Of a stretch of DNA of 64,000 nt, positions 37,491-50,458 are shown one piece after another. The position numbers and the translations under genes were made by a program. Below the pieces are notes generated by a model, which was not told the DNA's origin, did no database searches, and saw nothing but the letters and a program-made list of their open reading frames with translations. Position 1 is the stretch's first letter. The number at the start of each line of letters is the position of its first letter. The stretch is from Azolla caroliniana (taxonomy: Eukaryota > Plantae > Polypodiophyta), in assembly GCA_043228905.1 (NCBI GenBank), contig JBHGNT010000069.1:62001-126000 (forward strand), written 5' to 3'.

Positions 37491-38661
37491 ACATCATTTG
37501 TGGCTATTTAATATAACGATATGTTTAATATAGGCATATGTGGTCACATATATACGTATTTGATCGTATATATGTGATAAGTAAACATATGTGTATATTC
37601 GTTATTACGTGATTATATCGAAAGTTGTCCTTGTCGGGAAAAGGATGTTGGTGGCCGTCCTCACATTTTTGTGAGAATGGCGTTGTCACCATCCCTTTTT
37701 CAACATTTTTTTATTGTTGATAACCCCATTGACGACCTCGATTTCGTTACGTAAAGAAACGCGAATAGCCAAAATGATGTTGAGTACGTAGGGCTTGACC
37801 CACTTCAAGTGAGGTCGCTCCAATGACGCACGTATCCAACATCCCTCCCTCGTTACATGGATACGATGCCACCATGAGCTCGTTCTTACGAGAGGCATTC
37901 GTAATGACGTGACCATGTGATGGCCCACGTGAGCCTACTACGAAACGAGGGCTCATTTGGCTTGACCATTAGGTTGCACTTTGGCGTATGCCATCGTAAT
38001 TACGAGACTTGAGGTTAGGTAACGTACCAACATAGTTTTGGTAAATGAGGGCGAAATAAGGACCCTTGCCATATATGTTCTTTTAAAAAAACATATATGA
38101 TCAATTGCCTCGCATATCTCTTATACGCATCAAACATTAAGCATTCGAGAAGAGCAACTTACTTGGTTGGCTCAAGTGTTTAATGTATTTGTTCTCGAGG
38201 TCTCGAGTTCAAATATGACAAAGACCATACAACATCCTTGATACATATGAATATAACACATGTTTAGACTTAAGGTCTAAGTGCACCTCGGGGTCCTCGT
38301 AATAGGACTTAAAGAGCCGAAACCACATATGTGGGCACCGAAACATAGTTTATTGTTAACATTTTTTTCGTGTATAAACTATTCATGACGCGAACATACA
38401 TGGTTGAGCCTCGGGGAGCCACCATGAAAAAATCGATATAGAGATCAGGGAAAGACATTTATTTGTCACCCCCATGGTTTTTAAAACACCTTTGTGTTAC
38501 CATAGTAACCTGATCTTGAACCTCATCTCATACGTCTAGAGGGGTATTGATGTGAGATAATGATATCGATTAATGCTCGCCCATGATATGTTTACATCAC
38601 GACAAGATGTTATGACTATATCTCTGACCTTATCCTATTTCTTTACCAGAAATAATCTTTA

Positions 38662-41600
38662 ATGGCTCAAATTAACGACCCGATGTCATCCGCTCAAGCG
38701 GAAGGAACTCAAGGGAATCCTCCTGGACAAATGTCCACTGAGATGTATTTGGCACAAATAACCCAATACCTTAGTTTCACCGCTCAACAGATGACCGAAC
38801 TTCGGCAATCTCAGAGTGCTCTTGAGGCACGTGTCATTAGTCTACAACGTGAGACTAATAGACCTGATGAGCGACAAGGTGAACCATCATTTGTCGTTAA
38901 GCCATTTACGGGAGACAAAAAGGAAAGAACCGAAGAAGCAATCTGCACATGGCTGGGACGATGGGAGTCTCATTTTGAGCTCTATCCCACGCCAGATAGT
39001 ACGAAGATTGCATATGTCGGTCGAGAACTCGGGGGTAAGGCCGCCGCCTGGTGGCGTGGCCTCCGTACTATGGGGAAATTGCCCGATACCTGGATAGATT
39101 TTGTCACGGTTTTTAAGGGCCAATTTCTGCAACCTCCCTCTCGAACCGAGGCAGCACAAGCTTTAATGAACCTCTCTAGCAGGAAATTTTCCTCGCTAGA
39201 AGACTATGTTCACCATGCTAGAACCCAAATCCAAAAATCGGGTCTAGAAGGGGACAATTGGTTGATAGCTTGTTTTGTCAATGGCATCCCCAATTCGGAC
39301 TATCACTGGATAGTGCACGATAAGGATCCAAAATCCTTCGAAGAGGCCGTTGAAATAGTTCTTCGCTATCAACGCACTTCGAAGAAGGACCATAACAAAC
39401 CCAACGAAGCGCCCGGGACTAAGCAGTCGCAATTTGTTGGGAAACGCAAGACACCCAACGAATTCCTGGATCGCGATTGTAAGCGACAACATCCTTTTTG
39501 TGTATTCTGCAAAAAGAAGGGTCATACAAAAGATCAATGTCGAAAGCTCCAACGGAAAGAGCACGACAACAAAGCTAAAGCTGCAGACCATAAAGGTCAG
39601 ATTCCTAATGTCCTTCAGGTCTATACACATCATTTAAGTAATTGTCAATGTTCTTTCCCTCACTATGTATTGGGTCCCAATGATTTACTACGTGCAAACG
39701 GGTATATCAATGGATCTCCCGTACAATTTTTATTTGATTCGGGAAGCTCACACAATTTTGTGAATGATCGTTTGGTTCAGATATGGGGAATCCAACCCAC
39801 CGTAAGTGATCACACCTACACGGTGCACTTGGCTGATGGAAGAGTACAATACATCAACGGGGCGATTCATTCATTAGGAATTTCTATTGATACTTATATA
39901 GAGGAAGTAGACTTCCATGTAATGAATCTTTGTACCACCGATGTAATACTGGGTTATCCCTGGTTTTATAATAAAAACTCTTCTTTATTTATTGATTGGG
40001 TTCGTCATTCCATTTCTTTTGTACTGAACGATTGTACGCATTTTATTCAATGTGTAAAAAAACAATCCCTCTCGATTGTTTCCTCGTGTCCATCAATATC
40101 CGAGTTGTCTTGTTCTACGTTATTTTATTGTGTACTTGATCCGGACATTCACGTTTACAATATCGATAATGTCCCGATTCAATTAACATATTTTGAACAA
40201 CAACAACTTGATGAAATCTTAAATGATTTTCATGATGTTTTTCCAAGTGAACTACCTGATGGGTTACCTCCTAAACGTAATATAGACCATCGTATAGATA
40301 TTGTACCTGGTGTTGCACCAATAAGTATACCTCCGTATCGCTTAAGTCGATCCGAAGAAGATGAGGTATCTAAGCAACTCAAGGACTATTTACGAATGGG
40401 TTATATACATTATAGTAAATCTCCATGGGGTGCACCAGTTCTCTTGGTTAAAAAGAAAGAGGGCACATGGCGTATGTGTATTAATTACCGACGCTTGAAT
40501 AAAGTGACGATCAAGAATTCGTATCCATTGCCCCGGGCTGACGATCTAATTGACCGTCTCCAGGGAGCTCGGTATTTTACGAAACTTGATCTCCGTACTG
40601 GCTACCATCAAATACGAATAAGTGAGGACGATGTTCCTAAAACGGCATTTCGTACGCGCTATGGCCATTACGAGTTTTTGGTTATGCCTTTTGGTTTGAC
40701 CAATGCTCCGGCTACTTTTCAACAAGAAATGAATGACATTTTCCGAGAACAACTTGGAAAATTTGTCGTTATTTTCTTGGATGATATTTTAGTTTATAGC
40801 CGTACATTACAAGAACATGCTAGACATGTCCGCTTTGTTTTACAAACATTGCGTGACAAACAGTTTTATGCGAAGATCTCAAAATGTGAGTTCTTCAAGA
40901 AATCAATTACTTATCTAGGACATCTCATAACCGAACGAGGAGTTGAAATTGATCCTTCTCGCATTGAGAAAATCAAGCTTTGGCCCACTCTTCGGAATAT
41001 TCGAGAAGTTCGATCATTCCTTGGTTTTGTGGGGTTTTTGCGAAAGTCTCTTCGTAATTACTCCCAATTGACGACGCCGTTTACTGATCTTTTAAAAGGT
41101 CAAACGCGTAAGTCTACAAAACCTATTGTGTGGAATGCTACACTAGACCTTGCATTTAAGGAACTCAAGGACCTAGTTTGCAAGGCTCCTTCACTTCTTT
41201 TACCTGATCCTTCAAAACCTTTTGAGGTTGAAACCGATGCAAGCGATTATGCTATAGGTGCTGTCTTGTATCAAGATGGTAAACCAATAGCATTCGAGAG
41301 TAAGAAACTTGATTCTGCTCAATGTCGGTATACCGTTCAAGAAAAGGAATTATTTGCAGTTATACATGCGCTCAAAACATGGCGCCATTATCTTTATGGA
41401 AATCACTTTGTGGTAACTACGGACCACGAGTCCTTGAAATATTTTTGTGACCAACAAGACCTGAAAGGTCGTAAGGCACGATGGGTTGATCTCATCCAAG
41501 ACTTTGATTTTTCCATACGATATCGTAAAGGTTCCATGAACATTGTCGCTGATGCACTAAGTCGCATCCGTGAAGTTAACACGCTTAGCTTCACTGAAAT

Positions 41601-43095
41601 ATCATCAGATCTTTATGATCACCTTCGAGGAAAGTATCCTGATGACAGTTATTTCGCAAAATACTGGGCAAGAGTTGAGTCTGGAACAGACACCACCACA
41701 TCCTCGAAGGAATACTTCCACATTGCTAACGGTTTGCTCTACCGTAATGGGAAGGTTTGTGTTCCACATTTACCCGAGGTCAAAAAGAGGATTCTTTTTG
41801 AATGCCATGATGCACCCTCAGCAGGGCACCCTGGAATACATCGTACACTCGTTCTCATCTCCACTCAATTTTATTGGCCTAAGATGCGTCCTGACATACA
41901 TAGCTATGTGACTAAATGTCACCAGTGTCAAGTTAACAAAGCCGAGCGACTTAAAGCCGCAGGACTTTTACATCCCCTGGACATTCCCAATAATAAGTGG
42001 GAAAGTATATCCATGGATTTTATTGTTAGCCTTCCTCGCACCCAAAAAGGTCATGATGCCATCTGGGTTGTCGTTGATCGACTAACTAAAATGGCCAGAT
42101 TTATTGCTACTAAAACCACGGTAACAGCTCCTGAATTGGCTTACCAATTCGTTGACGAATTGTTTCGTTTTTATGGGTTACCGATGGATATCATGAGTGA
42201 TCGAGATCCAAAGTTTACTAGTGACTTCTGGACACAAGTCTTTAAGAAGTTAGAAACTACGTTGAGCATGAGCTCCACGGATCATCCTCAATCCGATGGA
42301 CAGACAGAACGAGTAAATCAAATTATTGAGGACATGCTTCGAGCATACGTTGGTGCAAAACCAACAAAATGGGAACGTTATCTCCCAATTTTGGAGTTTG
42401 CTTATAACAGCTCCAAGCATACGTCGACGGGATATAGTCCTTTTATGTTGATGTATGGTTTTCAGCCACGAGCCCCGATTGATGTTAATATACATCATGA
42501 TGAGTTGCGAAGTACGCAAAACTTTCTTCGGGATATGCAAGATATGTTGCATATTGCACGAGATAATATAAAAACAGCTCAAGATAGAGCGCGTTTTTAT
42601 GCCGATCATCATAGGCAACCTCGTGTATTCAACCCTGGACAGAAGGTATTTTTACGTGTACCTCACAATTCTAAGACATTGTCTACGAGTAAGTGCGCTA
42701 AGTTAGCCCCACGTTTTTGTGGACCTTTTACAGTCCTCAAACGCATTGGGTCATCAGCCTATCGTCTCGCTCTTCCCGATGGTGTCGGAATTCATCCAGT
42801 CTTTCATGTGAGTCGTCTAAAAGAACTTCTAGGTTCTGGCGACAATACAGTTACAACTGAAACTCTGGTTACTTCTGAAGAATTATCTTCTAAACCACAT
42901 GTACCAGAAAGAATTCTCGATGTTAAAACAAAAAAATTACGTACTAAAGAAATCCGAGAATTCAAAATAAAATGGATGGATAAATCAATAAAAGATGCCA
43001 CATGGGAACGCGAAAATACTCTTAGAACTAACTTCCCTAACTTTCCATTGCAAGAGTGCAATGTTTTAAAGAGGGGGAGTATGTTACGGGCATGA
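38662..43095 (+). CDS. Gag-Pol polyprotein (Gag-CCHC, aspartic protease, RT, RNase H, integrase, chromodomain)
   Basis: 1477 aa uninterrupted: [14 protein letters not shown]; [11 protein letters not shown]; [10 protein letters not shown]...MPFGL...FLDD; ETDASD; HDAPSAGH...CHQC; SMDF...SDRD...GQTE; GPF; EFKIKW...DATWE. Confidence 0.98.
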   Translation: MAQINDPMSSAQAEGTQGNPPGQMSTEMYLAQITQYLSFTAQQMTELRQSQSALEARVISLQRETNRPDERQGEPSFVVKPFTGDKKERTEEAICTWLGRWESHFELYPTPDSTKIAYVGRELGGKAAAWWRGLRTMGKLPDTWIDFVTVFKGQFLQPPSRTEAAQALMNLSSRKFSSLEDYVHHARTQIQKSGLEGDNWLIACFVNGIPNSDYHWIVHDKDPKSFEEAVEIVLRYQRTSKKDHNKPNEAPGTKQSQFVGKRKTPNEFLDRDCKRQHPFCVFCKKKGHTKDQCRKLQRKEHDNKAKAADHKGQIPNVLQVYTHHLSNCQCSFPHYVLGPNDLLRANGYINGSPVQFLFDSGSSHNFVNDRLVQIWGIQPTVSDHTYTVHLADGRVQYINGAIHSLGISIDTYIEEVDFHVMNLCTTDVILGYPWFYNKNSSLFIDWVRHSISFVLNDCTHFIQCVKKQSLSIVSSCPSISELSCSTLFYCVLDPDIHVYNIDNVPIQLTYFEQQQLDEILNDFHDVFPSELPDGLPPKRNIDHRIDIVPGVAPISIPPYRLSRSEEDEVSKQLKDYLRMGYIHYSKSPWGAPVLLVKKKEGTWRMCINYRRLNKVTIKNSYPLPRADDLIDRLQGARYFTKLDLRTGYHQIRISEDDVPKTAFRTRYGHYEFLVMPFGLTNAPATFQQEMNDIFREQLGKFVVIFLDDILVYSRTLQEHARHVRFVLQTLRDKQFYAKISKCEFFKKSITYLGHLITERGVEIDPSRIEKIKLWPTLRNIREVRSFLGFVGFLRKSLRNYSQLTTPFTDLLKGQTRKSTKPIVWNATLDLAFKELKDLVCKAPSLLLPDPSKPFEVETDASDYAIGAVLYQDGKPIAFESKKLDSAQCRYTVQEKELFAVIHALKTWRHYLYGNHFVVTTDHESLKYFCDQQDLKGRKARWVDLIQDFDFSIRYRKGSMNIVADALSRIREVNTLSFTEISSDLYDHLRGKYPDDSYFAKYWARVESGTDTTTSSKEYFHIANGLLYRNGKVCVPHLPEVKKRILFECHDAPSAGHPGIHRTLVLISTQFYWPKMRPDIHSYVTKCHQCQVNKAERLKAAGLLHPLDIPNNKWESISMDFIVSLPRTQKGHDAIWVVVDRLTKMARFIATKTTVTAPELAYQFVDELFRFYGLPMDIMSDRDPKFTSDFWTQVFKKLETTLSMSSTDHPQSDGQTERVNQIIEDMLRAYVGAKPTKWERYLPILEFAYNSSKHTSTGYSPFMLMYGFQPRAPIDVNIHHDELRSTQNFLRDMQDMLHIARDNIKTAQDRARFYADHHRQPRVFNPGQKVFLRVPHNSKTLSTSKCAKLAPRFCGPFTVLKRIGSSAYRLALPDGVGIHPVFHVSRLKELLGSGDNTVTTETLVTSEELSSKPHVPERILDVKTKKLRTKEIREFKIKWMDKSIKDATWERENTLRTNFPNFPLQECNVLKRGSMLRA

Positions 43096-43536
43096 CCATA
43101 TAATATCCCGTGGTAAGAATTTACCGTAGTATTCTATACACGTGGATAAGTGTGAGGGTTAAATGAGAGTGTAAAGAAGGGGAGGATTACTTTTAATCCT
43201 CGGGATTGAGACAACCCATTAGGTCAAGTGTGAACTTGCCTGGGGGCCTTGGGTTTCGCTATAAATAAGAGGCCTAGCTACCCTCATTGGATGATCTCTT
43301 GACTACATCGAGACTCTGCTCGTGTGGTGGGTCAACTCCTGTAGCGAGCGCGCCAGCACCAGGTACGACTCGACGCCACGGCGGTGGTATGGGACGCCGA
43401 TCGAGGCTCGAGTCCGTCTCGATCCCTTCGCTCGGGGGTGGTCGGGTGGATCGACACCCTTCTTTCTCTTTCTCCTTTCTATCTATCTTTTCATTATCCT
43501 TATCTTAAGCTTACATTAGTATCTAGATCTATAATA
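43082..43536 (+). repeat. 3' LTR
   Basis: Identical to the 5' LTR except at two positions; preceded by the PPT and followed by TSD CCCAT. Confidence 0.97.
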
Positions 43537-44536
43537 CCCATGATCGAGTATCACTCTGGTTACATTGATTGATTCATGAACGTATAATAACTATTCCAAC
43601 CCCTCAACGTCTAGACTCAAAGCATACATTCCACCTATTCGTGGATGAACATCAATACCAATATATTTGAAGCTTTGCCCCATTTGTATTGGTTCTGCCT
43701 TGTATGTAAAGGTGGGGTAGTGTCTTGGTTGTATTAGCTTATATGCTACCATTTTGGTTTTCTCCACATGAAAGTTAGCCCATTGATTTGGCACAATGTT
43801 TCTAATACATCAAGTAAGTGTTGCACATCATCCAATTTATATGAGAATAATCAATAACTTCAAACATATCGGAGATAGATACATAGATGGGTAGATTATA
43901 TTATTGTCTTCGGATGTCAAATATTACCTATGAGACCAAAAATATTACATTTCACATAATACATGTGAAAGTGACTAGTGATTCTCGATGTTCAAGAACT
44001 TTACCAACGAATGTTGCAATTGAGAGTCACACATTGTGGTTGTAAGAGAAATTCGTGCGAGGATTGGGTTTGGTCGAAGACGCATGGAAGGCATTGTTGA
44101 ATATGATCAAAGGCAAAGCATTGTATTAAAGCGTGATACCCGGTCTCTCATACTTGTTTATGGCAAAGTATGCATAGTTGACCACTCTCATCACTTGTGC
44201 CCCCCTAATCTCTCGTCTCACATCACAACGCATGTGAGCTAAGTCGCATGGAAACAATTTGTTCAAATGGGCGACAACTGGATGGGCTCTAGGATGTATC
44301 AATTGTATAGTTCACCAGTTCAGCGAAGAATATGGTTTTTGGAGTTAGTTCCAACAGGTGTAGTATATAATATGCGATTAGCAAGGTTTCCAAATTTGGA
44401 GATGGGCTTAACTAGATTTGGTGGAGCCCACTACTAAGCTACTACTGATTAGTCAGGAAAAGAAGAAAATGACGCACTTGCTTTGCTGCATTCAGAGGAA
44501 AGAAAGGAAATACATACGAGGCAATCAGAAGAGGAT

Positions 44537-44602
44537 ATGATGCAGAGCGAGATGTCGCCATCGCCATCGCCATCCATACCTCGAACCCCCATCGCCAACA
44601 AT

Positions 44603-44646
<44 letters not shown>

Positions 44647-45625
44647 GAGCAGGACTAGTGACAGTAGGAAGCCTCTCTTTCGCGTGGTTCCTGATGACTC
44701 CAAGCCTGTGCTTCGCGACCCGGTAATGACGTATTGTTTGGATTAATCTCTGTAATTTGTGACGTTTTTCTCGTAACCATGTATCTGATTCGGTTTTTAT
44801 ATGTGTATCTTATGTATGTGCTTTTCTTCTTGTGCTGTCCTATCTATGTATGGGCATTCATTTATGCGCTTTTAATGTTATTTTGTACTTATCTCTGCAC
44901 GTACATTCTTGTATATCTACGTATATTCATTTATGTCCTTGACCTATGTACAAGTATTCCTGTATATGTATATGTATCCATTTAGGTACCTTTTGATGGA
45001 TGTGTGTGTATGCATTTATGTACTTATCTGAGTATGTGTCTTCATTCACTCATGTACTTGTATTCATTTATATACTTATCTTCAGTATGTGTATCTACTT
45101 ATGTATTTATCTTTGTTTGCGTATGCATTTGGTTTATTATCTACATATATGTGTTTACGTAAACTGTGTTTTTTGCAAGCCGCAAATCCTAGCTTCTTAT
45201 GGGTTTCTGCACATGTATATATTCGTGTGCGCACTCATCAATATCTTTGTACCTATCTATGTAGGTAGTTATCAATGTATATATATACTCATGTATGCTT
45301 CCTTACCTATGTGTGTATTTCATGTATGCACTTACATATTGATGCATGCGTAGTCATGTATGTATGTACATGCATGTACATGTATTCGTGTGTAACAATT
45401 TGCATGAATTTTTTTTTCCATTTTCTCTGATCAAATGTATTTTTTTTTTTCTGCTTTCTCTCCTCAAATGTATTTTTTTCTGTCTGCTGTATTCATATAT
45501 GTACTACTTATCTCTGTGTGTGTGTGTCTGTGTTTGTGTTTCCTTTGTTTTGTTCGTAGCTTTTAACCTCTGATCCTATCCATACCGAGCAAATCCTCCT
45601 CGAGCCTCCTTCCCTCAATCGATAA
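44537..45625 (+). CDS. Small (83 aa) uncharacterised plant protein with poly-Asn tract, 2 exons
   Basis: Exon 1 44537-44722 ends ...RKPLFRVVPDDSKPVLRDP|GT. Exon 2 45560-45625 reads AG|LLTSDPIHTEQILLEPPSLNR*. From memory this resembles a small plant family with KPVLRDPIL.SDPIETE.A.L.LP; not checked by search. Confidence 0.75.
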
Positions 45626-45729
45626 GATGAGTTTGAGTCTCCTCTTTGTATTCGACACATCCTGGTAATGTTTTGTCATTCTCTGCTTTTATGGTAACAC
45701 ACTAACTGTTTGAATTGAATTCTTTTTAT

Positions 45730-46055
45730 TTTGTGAAAATGTAGCCACATTTTTAGTTGGTGAATAGCCAATGGAAAAAGTATTTGAATCCCAATTCTGT
45801 TAAAAATATGCAACCACATTTTTAATGTAGGAATAGCCAAAGAAACATTCTTGAACAAATTGTTTGAATAATTGGGCTCATTTGAAAATGTAGATTCATT
45901 TTTTCATCAGTGAGTAGCCAATGATCAAAGCTTTTGAATTCCAATTCTCTCGAAAATATGTAACCACATTTTTCGTCTGGTGTAGCCAACGAAACATGCT
46001 TAATCAATTGTTTCAAAATTTGGTTTCTTTTGAAAACGTAGCCACATTTTTTTGT
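45730..46055. repeat. Diverged tandem repeat (~70-80 bp monomer, ~148 bp dimer)
   Basis: Recurring AAAATGTAGCCACATTTTT...TAGCCAA. Confidence 0.7.
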
Positions 46056-47779
46056 CAATCAGCACCAAAGACGCGTGTTGCGAGAAGCATCTATGATCTA
46101 AAACCTTAATATTCTGTCTAAAGTTAATATCAGGCAGTCTGGGAACTGTCTCACTCATCTATACAAAAGGAACTATTATGTTGTGCTCAAGATTCAATAT
46201 TATGGCTTCATATCAAATATGTAATAATATAGCATTTGGCTGTACGAGTTGTGTAAATAATTTGCCTTCATATTCAGATATTTGAAATTGGTGGAATTGT
46301 GAGATTCATTGTGGTAAGTGCTATTATCAGATGCAAATCCCACACATAAAAAGCATTATTTTAGACCCTCAACATTAATTTTAAGGGGGTTTTAAACTAT
46401 TAATGTTTTCATATGATGTTAAGTTTTTGTAGAGATATATAATAAATCTCTCCTTATGTTCCTTATTCTTGATATCTATGTTATTTATATGATAACTACA
46501 TCACATGATTAATCAATTACAGAATGGCATCTTCTAGTTTGAGTAAAATATACGCAACCTTAATATTTATTTATAGTGAAAGATAAAAGAGAGATGGCCT
46601 TAATATTCCATAAGAGATACAGATATGGAAGAAAGAAAGGAAGATATATTAATATATCTTTAGCCTTATCTCCAGGAACAAGTACAATTGTAAAACTTCC
46701 GAAGAGAGAGATCCTGAATAACTCTCCAGCATTTTGGTAGGGTATACACATAGAGAGTCATGCATAGTATCTTAAAGGAATGTGACATTAGATGGACATT
46801 TAACTTATGGCTTCCCAAGATATCCAACATTAACTGGTTCAAGATGATGAGGTTTCTAAAACAAAGCAAATTTGATGCTGGGTGATAATGAATAACATTG
46901 AGTTTTCGACACCAAGGGTGATGAGGCCATGTGGACATGATGTATATGCATGTCAAATACATATTTCTTTATCTAGGCCGAAATGGCAAGGTTTCTAAAG
47001 CAACTTTGATGCTAAGGAACAACCCCATTGTAAAAAGCTATAAAAGTCACCAAAAGGTGACTTTGGTAGCTCCACTTCTTTCTTGGGGTTTCTCCTTTCA
47101 CATAGTCTTTTTTAGAGCTAACTTCATCTCCTCAATCTTTCTCTTCGGTGTAAGAGCAATTAAGGTTAATTGGTAATTAGCCAAAGCCTAATCGCTCTTC
47201 CTCTTGTATGTGTACTGTATACTTTCTTTATAATAGAACTGGTGATAGTTTTTCTTCTATACTCCTCTTGTTTACATATGAATCTAACAGTGACAATCTA
47301 TTAAGAGAGAGAGAGTTAACGCAGGAGAGAGTGAGTGTGAGAAGAATTAAGGTCAGGGTTGCGAGATTAGAGGCTCAAGAGTGATTGACAGTTACTCTTG
47401 CCCGGTTCACTATTAATTGGGTAAACAGAGGTCCGGATCCTTTGGCTAATGATATCGACATGGAGGTAGAACTCTGTTACTACATAGAAGTGTTCTAATG
47501 TCATGTACACAGAAACCACACATGCTGGTTGATAATGAATAACCTTGAGTTTTTGACTCCAAGGATGATGAGATCAAGGTCCATGTGGACACGATGTATG
47601 TACATGTCTACATATTTCTTTATCGAGTATAACCCTTTTAGAATGTTGTTTGTGGTTGAGAGACCCTATGTAAAATGAGAATGATAAATGGATGAAGTGA
47701 TTGATTGTGAAGGTTCTTTGCTGATGTGGGTCTATGACTACATTTGTCATTTTTCTGAACTCTTCTCAATGTCTCTTGA

Positions 47780-47948
47780 TTTCCAAACAAGAACACTGTT
47801 GGTCTTTATTTCAACTTCATAGTGGATTCGACCAAAACCTTGTCATGTGAAGAAGACTTGAAATTTCCAAACAAGAACACTGTTGGTCTTTATTTCAACT
47901 TCATAGTGGATTTGACCAAAACCTTGTCATGTGAAGAAGACTTGAAAT
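47780..47948. repeat. ~84 bp tandem duplication
   Basis: TTCCAAACAAGAACACTG...GAAGAAGACTTGAAAT twice, one mismatch. Confidence 0.9.
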
Positions 47949-49561
47949 TGTCAAACATCATTAATGTTGCTCTTTGCTCCTCACACTGGAAGAATTTGTG
48001 GATAGATCAGATAGAGAAATTCTTAAGTCGATTGACTACAGAAAGAAATGCTTTTAAATTTCTATTAATTACATGCTTCAAATTTTTCTGGTAGAAAGAA
48101 GCGAGGATGAAGAAACCATTAATCAAATTCCAGAATTCCTTTTCCACCATGGGATTAGGAAAGTCACTTTTTGACCAAGCATATGGAAGACTAGTTTTAA
48201 AGGGGGAAAAAAACTTTTTGCATTCTGTAACATAGATATTTATGGTAAATTCTAGGAATCGCCAATGCTTTAGTTTGAGCCAAGTTGAACTGTGAATCTG
48301 TTGCTTGACAACTTAACTAGCTCAGTTCAAGTTTAAAATTTTGTAAATAATTCAGTTTGGCTTGCTCGTTTGGTTTGAGCCTTCATTGTCTTAACAGTTT
48401 GTGTCTATCCGGCTTCAAATTATGGCTTAATGGCTTAATGGTTTGAGGAAACATCATTGAAATCTTTATTAAACATGTAAAATAACTCTATAAATGATGT
48501 AATATGTATATGAAGTTTCAAATTTGAACCCTAACAATTCTTTCAAATTTTGAAAAGATATCCTTCAGAATATCGAAAAGTAATTGTAAAATTGCCAATA
48601 ATTTGGTTCTAGCCAAAACAGTGGCTTAACACCTTAATGGTTTATAAATCTCTTGAACTGATTGGGTGTAAACAGTTTTGGTTTAAATGTTTCGTGGTTT
48701 AGTTTAGGTTTCAAATTGTGACTTCGATATTGAGACTCCCAAACCAATCCGAAATGAGTCAAACCATTCTCAACTGGTAGTAATTTCTCTGACAACAGAT
48801 CCAAAATTTAAACTAGCACTGCAATTGTTATTGTGTTTCAGTGCTTGGAATTGCTGATAATGATGTGTTTAGATTTCATTGTTTGAGAATCAAGTTGTTT
48901 TACCTAGAATGTGTGTTAGATATCAATATTAATGTCTATGGGTCTTGAATGATGATTTTGATGTCTAGGGAAGAACTTTTAACATCAAATAAATATAAGG
49001 AGAATAAAAATGAAATCAATCATGATTTGAATGCTGGAGTGTGTAATATCGGTGCAATATGACAATAATCTGGTGATATATAAAAATGATTATTCACGTT
49101 TTCAATTCAAATTTCAGGAAAAGGGAAGGAGAGCAAGAAAGAAAGAGGGAGTAACTGTTGATTCCTCAATTATGGATGCTAAGTTCTTGCAACAAGGCTT
49201 TGTTTCAAGAGTGATATAGGCTATTTTTTTAAATGGTACGATTTCTAAAAATGAAAAGGTGTAAACCTTAGAATATGTATGATAAAGGGTAAGTTGCATA
49301 ATAAGTCCTTGAAGATAGGATAGAGATGATTGTAGGTTATTTTCTTTAGTATTTTGCAAAATGGATGCTATGATGCAGCATTGGGAATTTTAATTTTGAG
49401 ATATTATGGTATTGTTATCCATCTTGAAACCACATTTCAGTTACAAAAGCATAATTTGAGTACGTTTGAATGTTGTATAGATTATATATCTTTTTAAAAA
49501 TCATAATGTTTATCATTTGATGAAAATGTTGGTGTCCTTAAATTGTCATTAGGAAAACGTA

Positions 49562-49735
49562 TTTCAATCATAATGAAATGCAAGATCTTTTGGACTAACC
49601 TTTGCAATGATCCCCAACACCTTTCAATCATAGTGAAATGCAAGATCTTTTGGACTACCTTTGCAATGATGCCCAACACCTTTCAATCATAATGAAATGC
49701 AAGATCTTTTGGACTAACCTTCGCAATGATCCCCG
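49562..49735. repeat. ~60 bp tandem repeat x3
   Basis: TTTCAATCATARTGAAATGCAAGATCTTTTGGACTA...GCAATGATCCCC three times. Confidence 0.9.
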
Positions 49736-50259
49736 ACTTCACTGAGAAGTTTTTGGTATTGCATAATTATAATAATGAGCAGCAAGGTTACAGCTTAGTG
49801 GGTTTTATTTGAAAACATATCTACCTGCTCCCAGTGTTTTGTGCAAGTGAAGAAATTGTTTGTACTCACAGTATCTTGTTGGGAGCTAATTGACATATGA
49901 AGACATTGCTACTTGTGTAGATCTTCAATATGCAGTCAAGCCCAATGTCATGTATCAAAAAGAGCTTTCAGATTGGAACATTGTTCATGCCTTCACAGGT
50001 AAAATAAAAGATGGGCACTTGCTTGGCTGGTAACTAGATACCAATACTCTTGGATAAGTTTATTACAGAATTTGAAGAGGGGATTGTACCTTAAAGTTTA
50101 ATGAGTTTTACAATTTACAAATAAGTAACAGATTCAAGGCAATTAAATCAATATGGTGTTTGAGCATTCAAAACTATCCTAAATGTTTCTACAAGGGTAT
50201 CCTCAAAGCACAAAGGATATATACATTGGATATCACATATGTTGCTTGGGAAAAGAAAG

Positions 50260-50437
50260 AATATGGTATTCAAATGCAGCACGATAGATGACCATAGAAA
50301 GAATCAGAAGGCCTTTTTCGAACATTCAATTTAGTAGTCGGCATTATGTGGTAAATGCTTGTGGAAGGCAGCTACAGCACCTTCGACCCCATCTTCCCCT
50401 TTCATCACTTCAGCTAGAGCTATTGCATTTTGTTTAA
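50260..50437 (-). pseudogene. Degenerate tandem copy of the UGT80 last exon
   Basis: 50260-50437 matches 50450-50628 with substitutions and small indels; the copy lacks the splice acceptor. Confidence 0.85.
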
Positions 50438-50458
50438 AGATAGATATAAATATGGTAT

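Larger units (their letters stand above)
36519..43536 (+). mobile_element. Near-intact Ty3/gypsy LTR retrotransposon (chromovirus, possibly Tcn1-like), 7018 bp
   Basis: 455 bp LTRs at 36519-36973 and 43082-43536, differing at 2 positions. TSD CCCAT at 36514-36518 and 43537-43541. PBS TGGTATCAGA at 36976-36985. PPT AAAGAGGGGGAG at 43068-43079. Single gag-pol ORF. Confidence 0.98.
36380..43900 (-). mobile_element. RTE-like LINE remnant split by the intact LTR element (36380-36518 and 43542-43900)
   Basis: Minus-strand peptides HVEKTKMV...FTYKAEPI..QSFKYIGI (43591-43794). Across the TSD the frame reads RSWEVRLMLFDVMVVQVLLCGMGVWG, resembling an RTE RT C-terminus. Confidence 0.65.

Noticed and set aside
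44734-45573. Hydrophobic Y/V/C-rich ORFs
   Set aside because: Translations of the TATG/TG-rich intron of the small gene.
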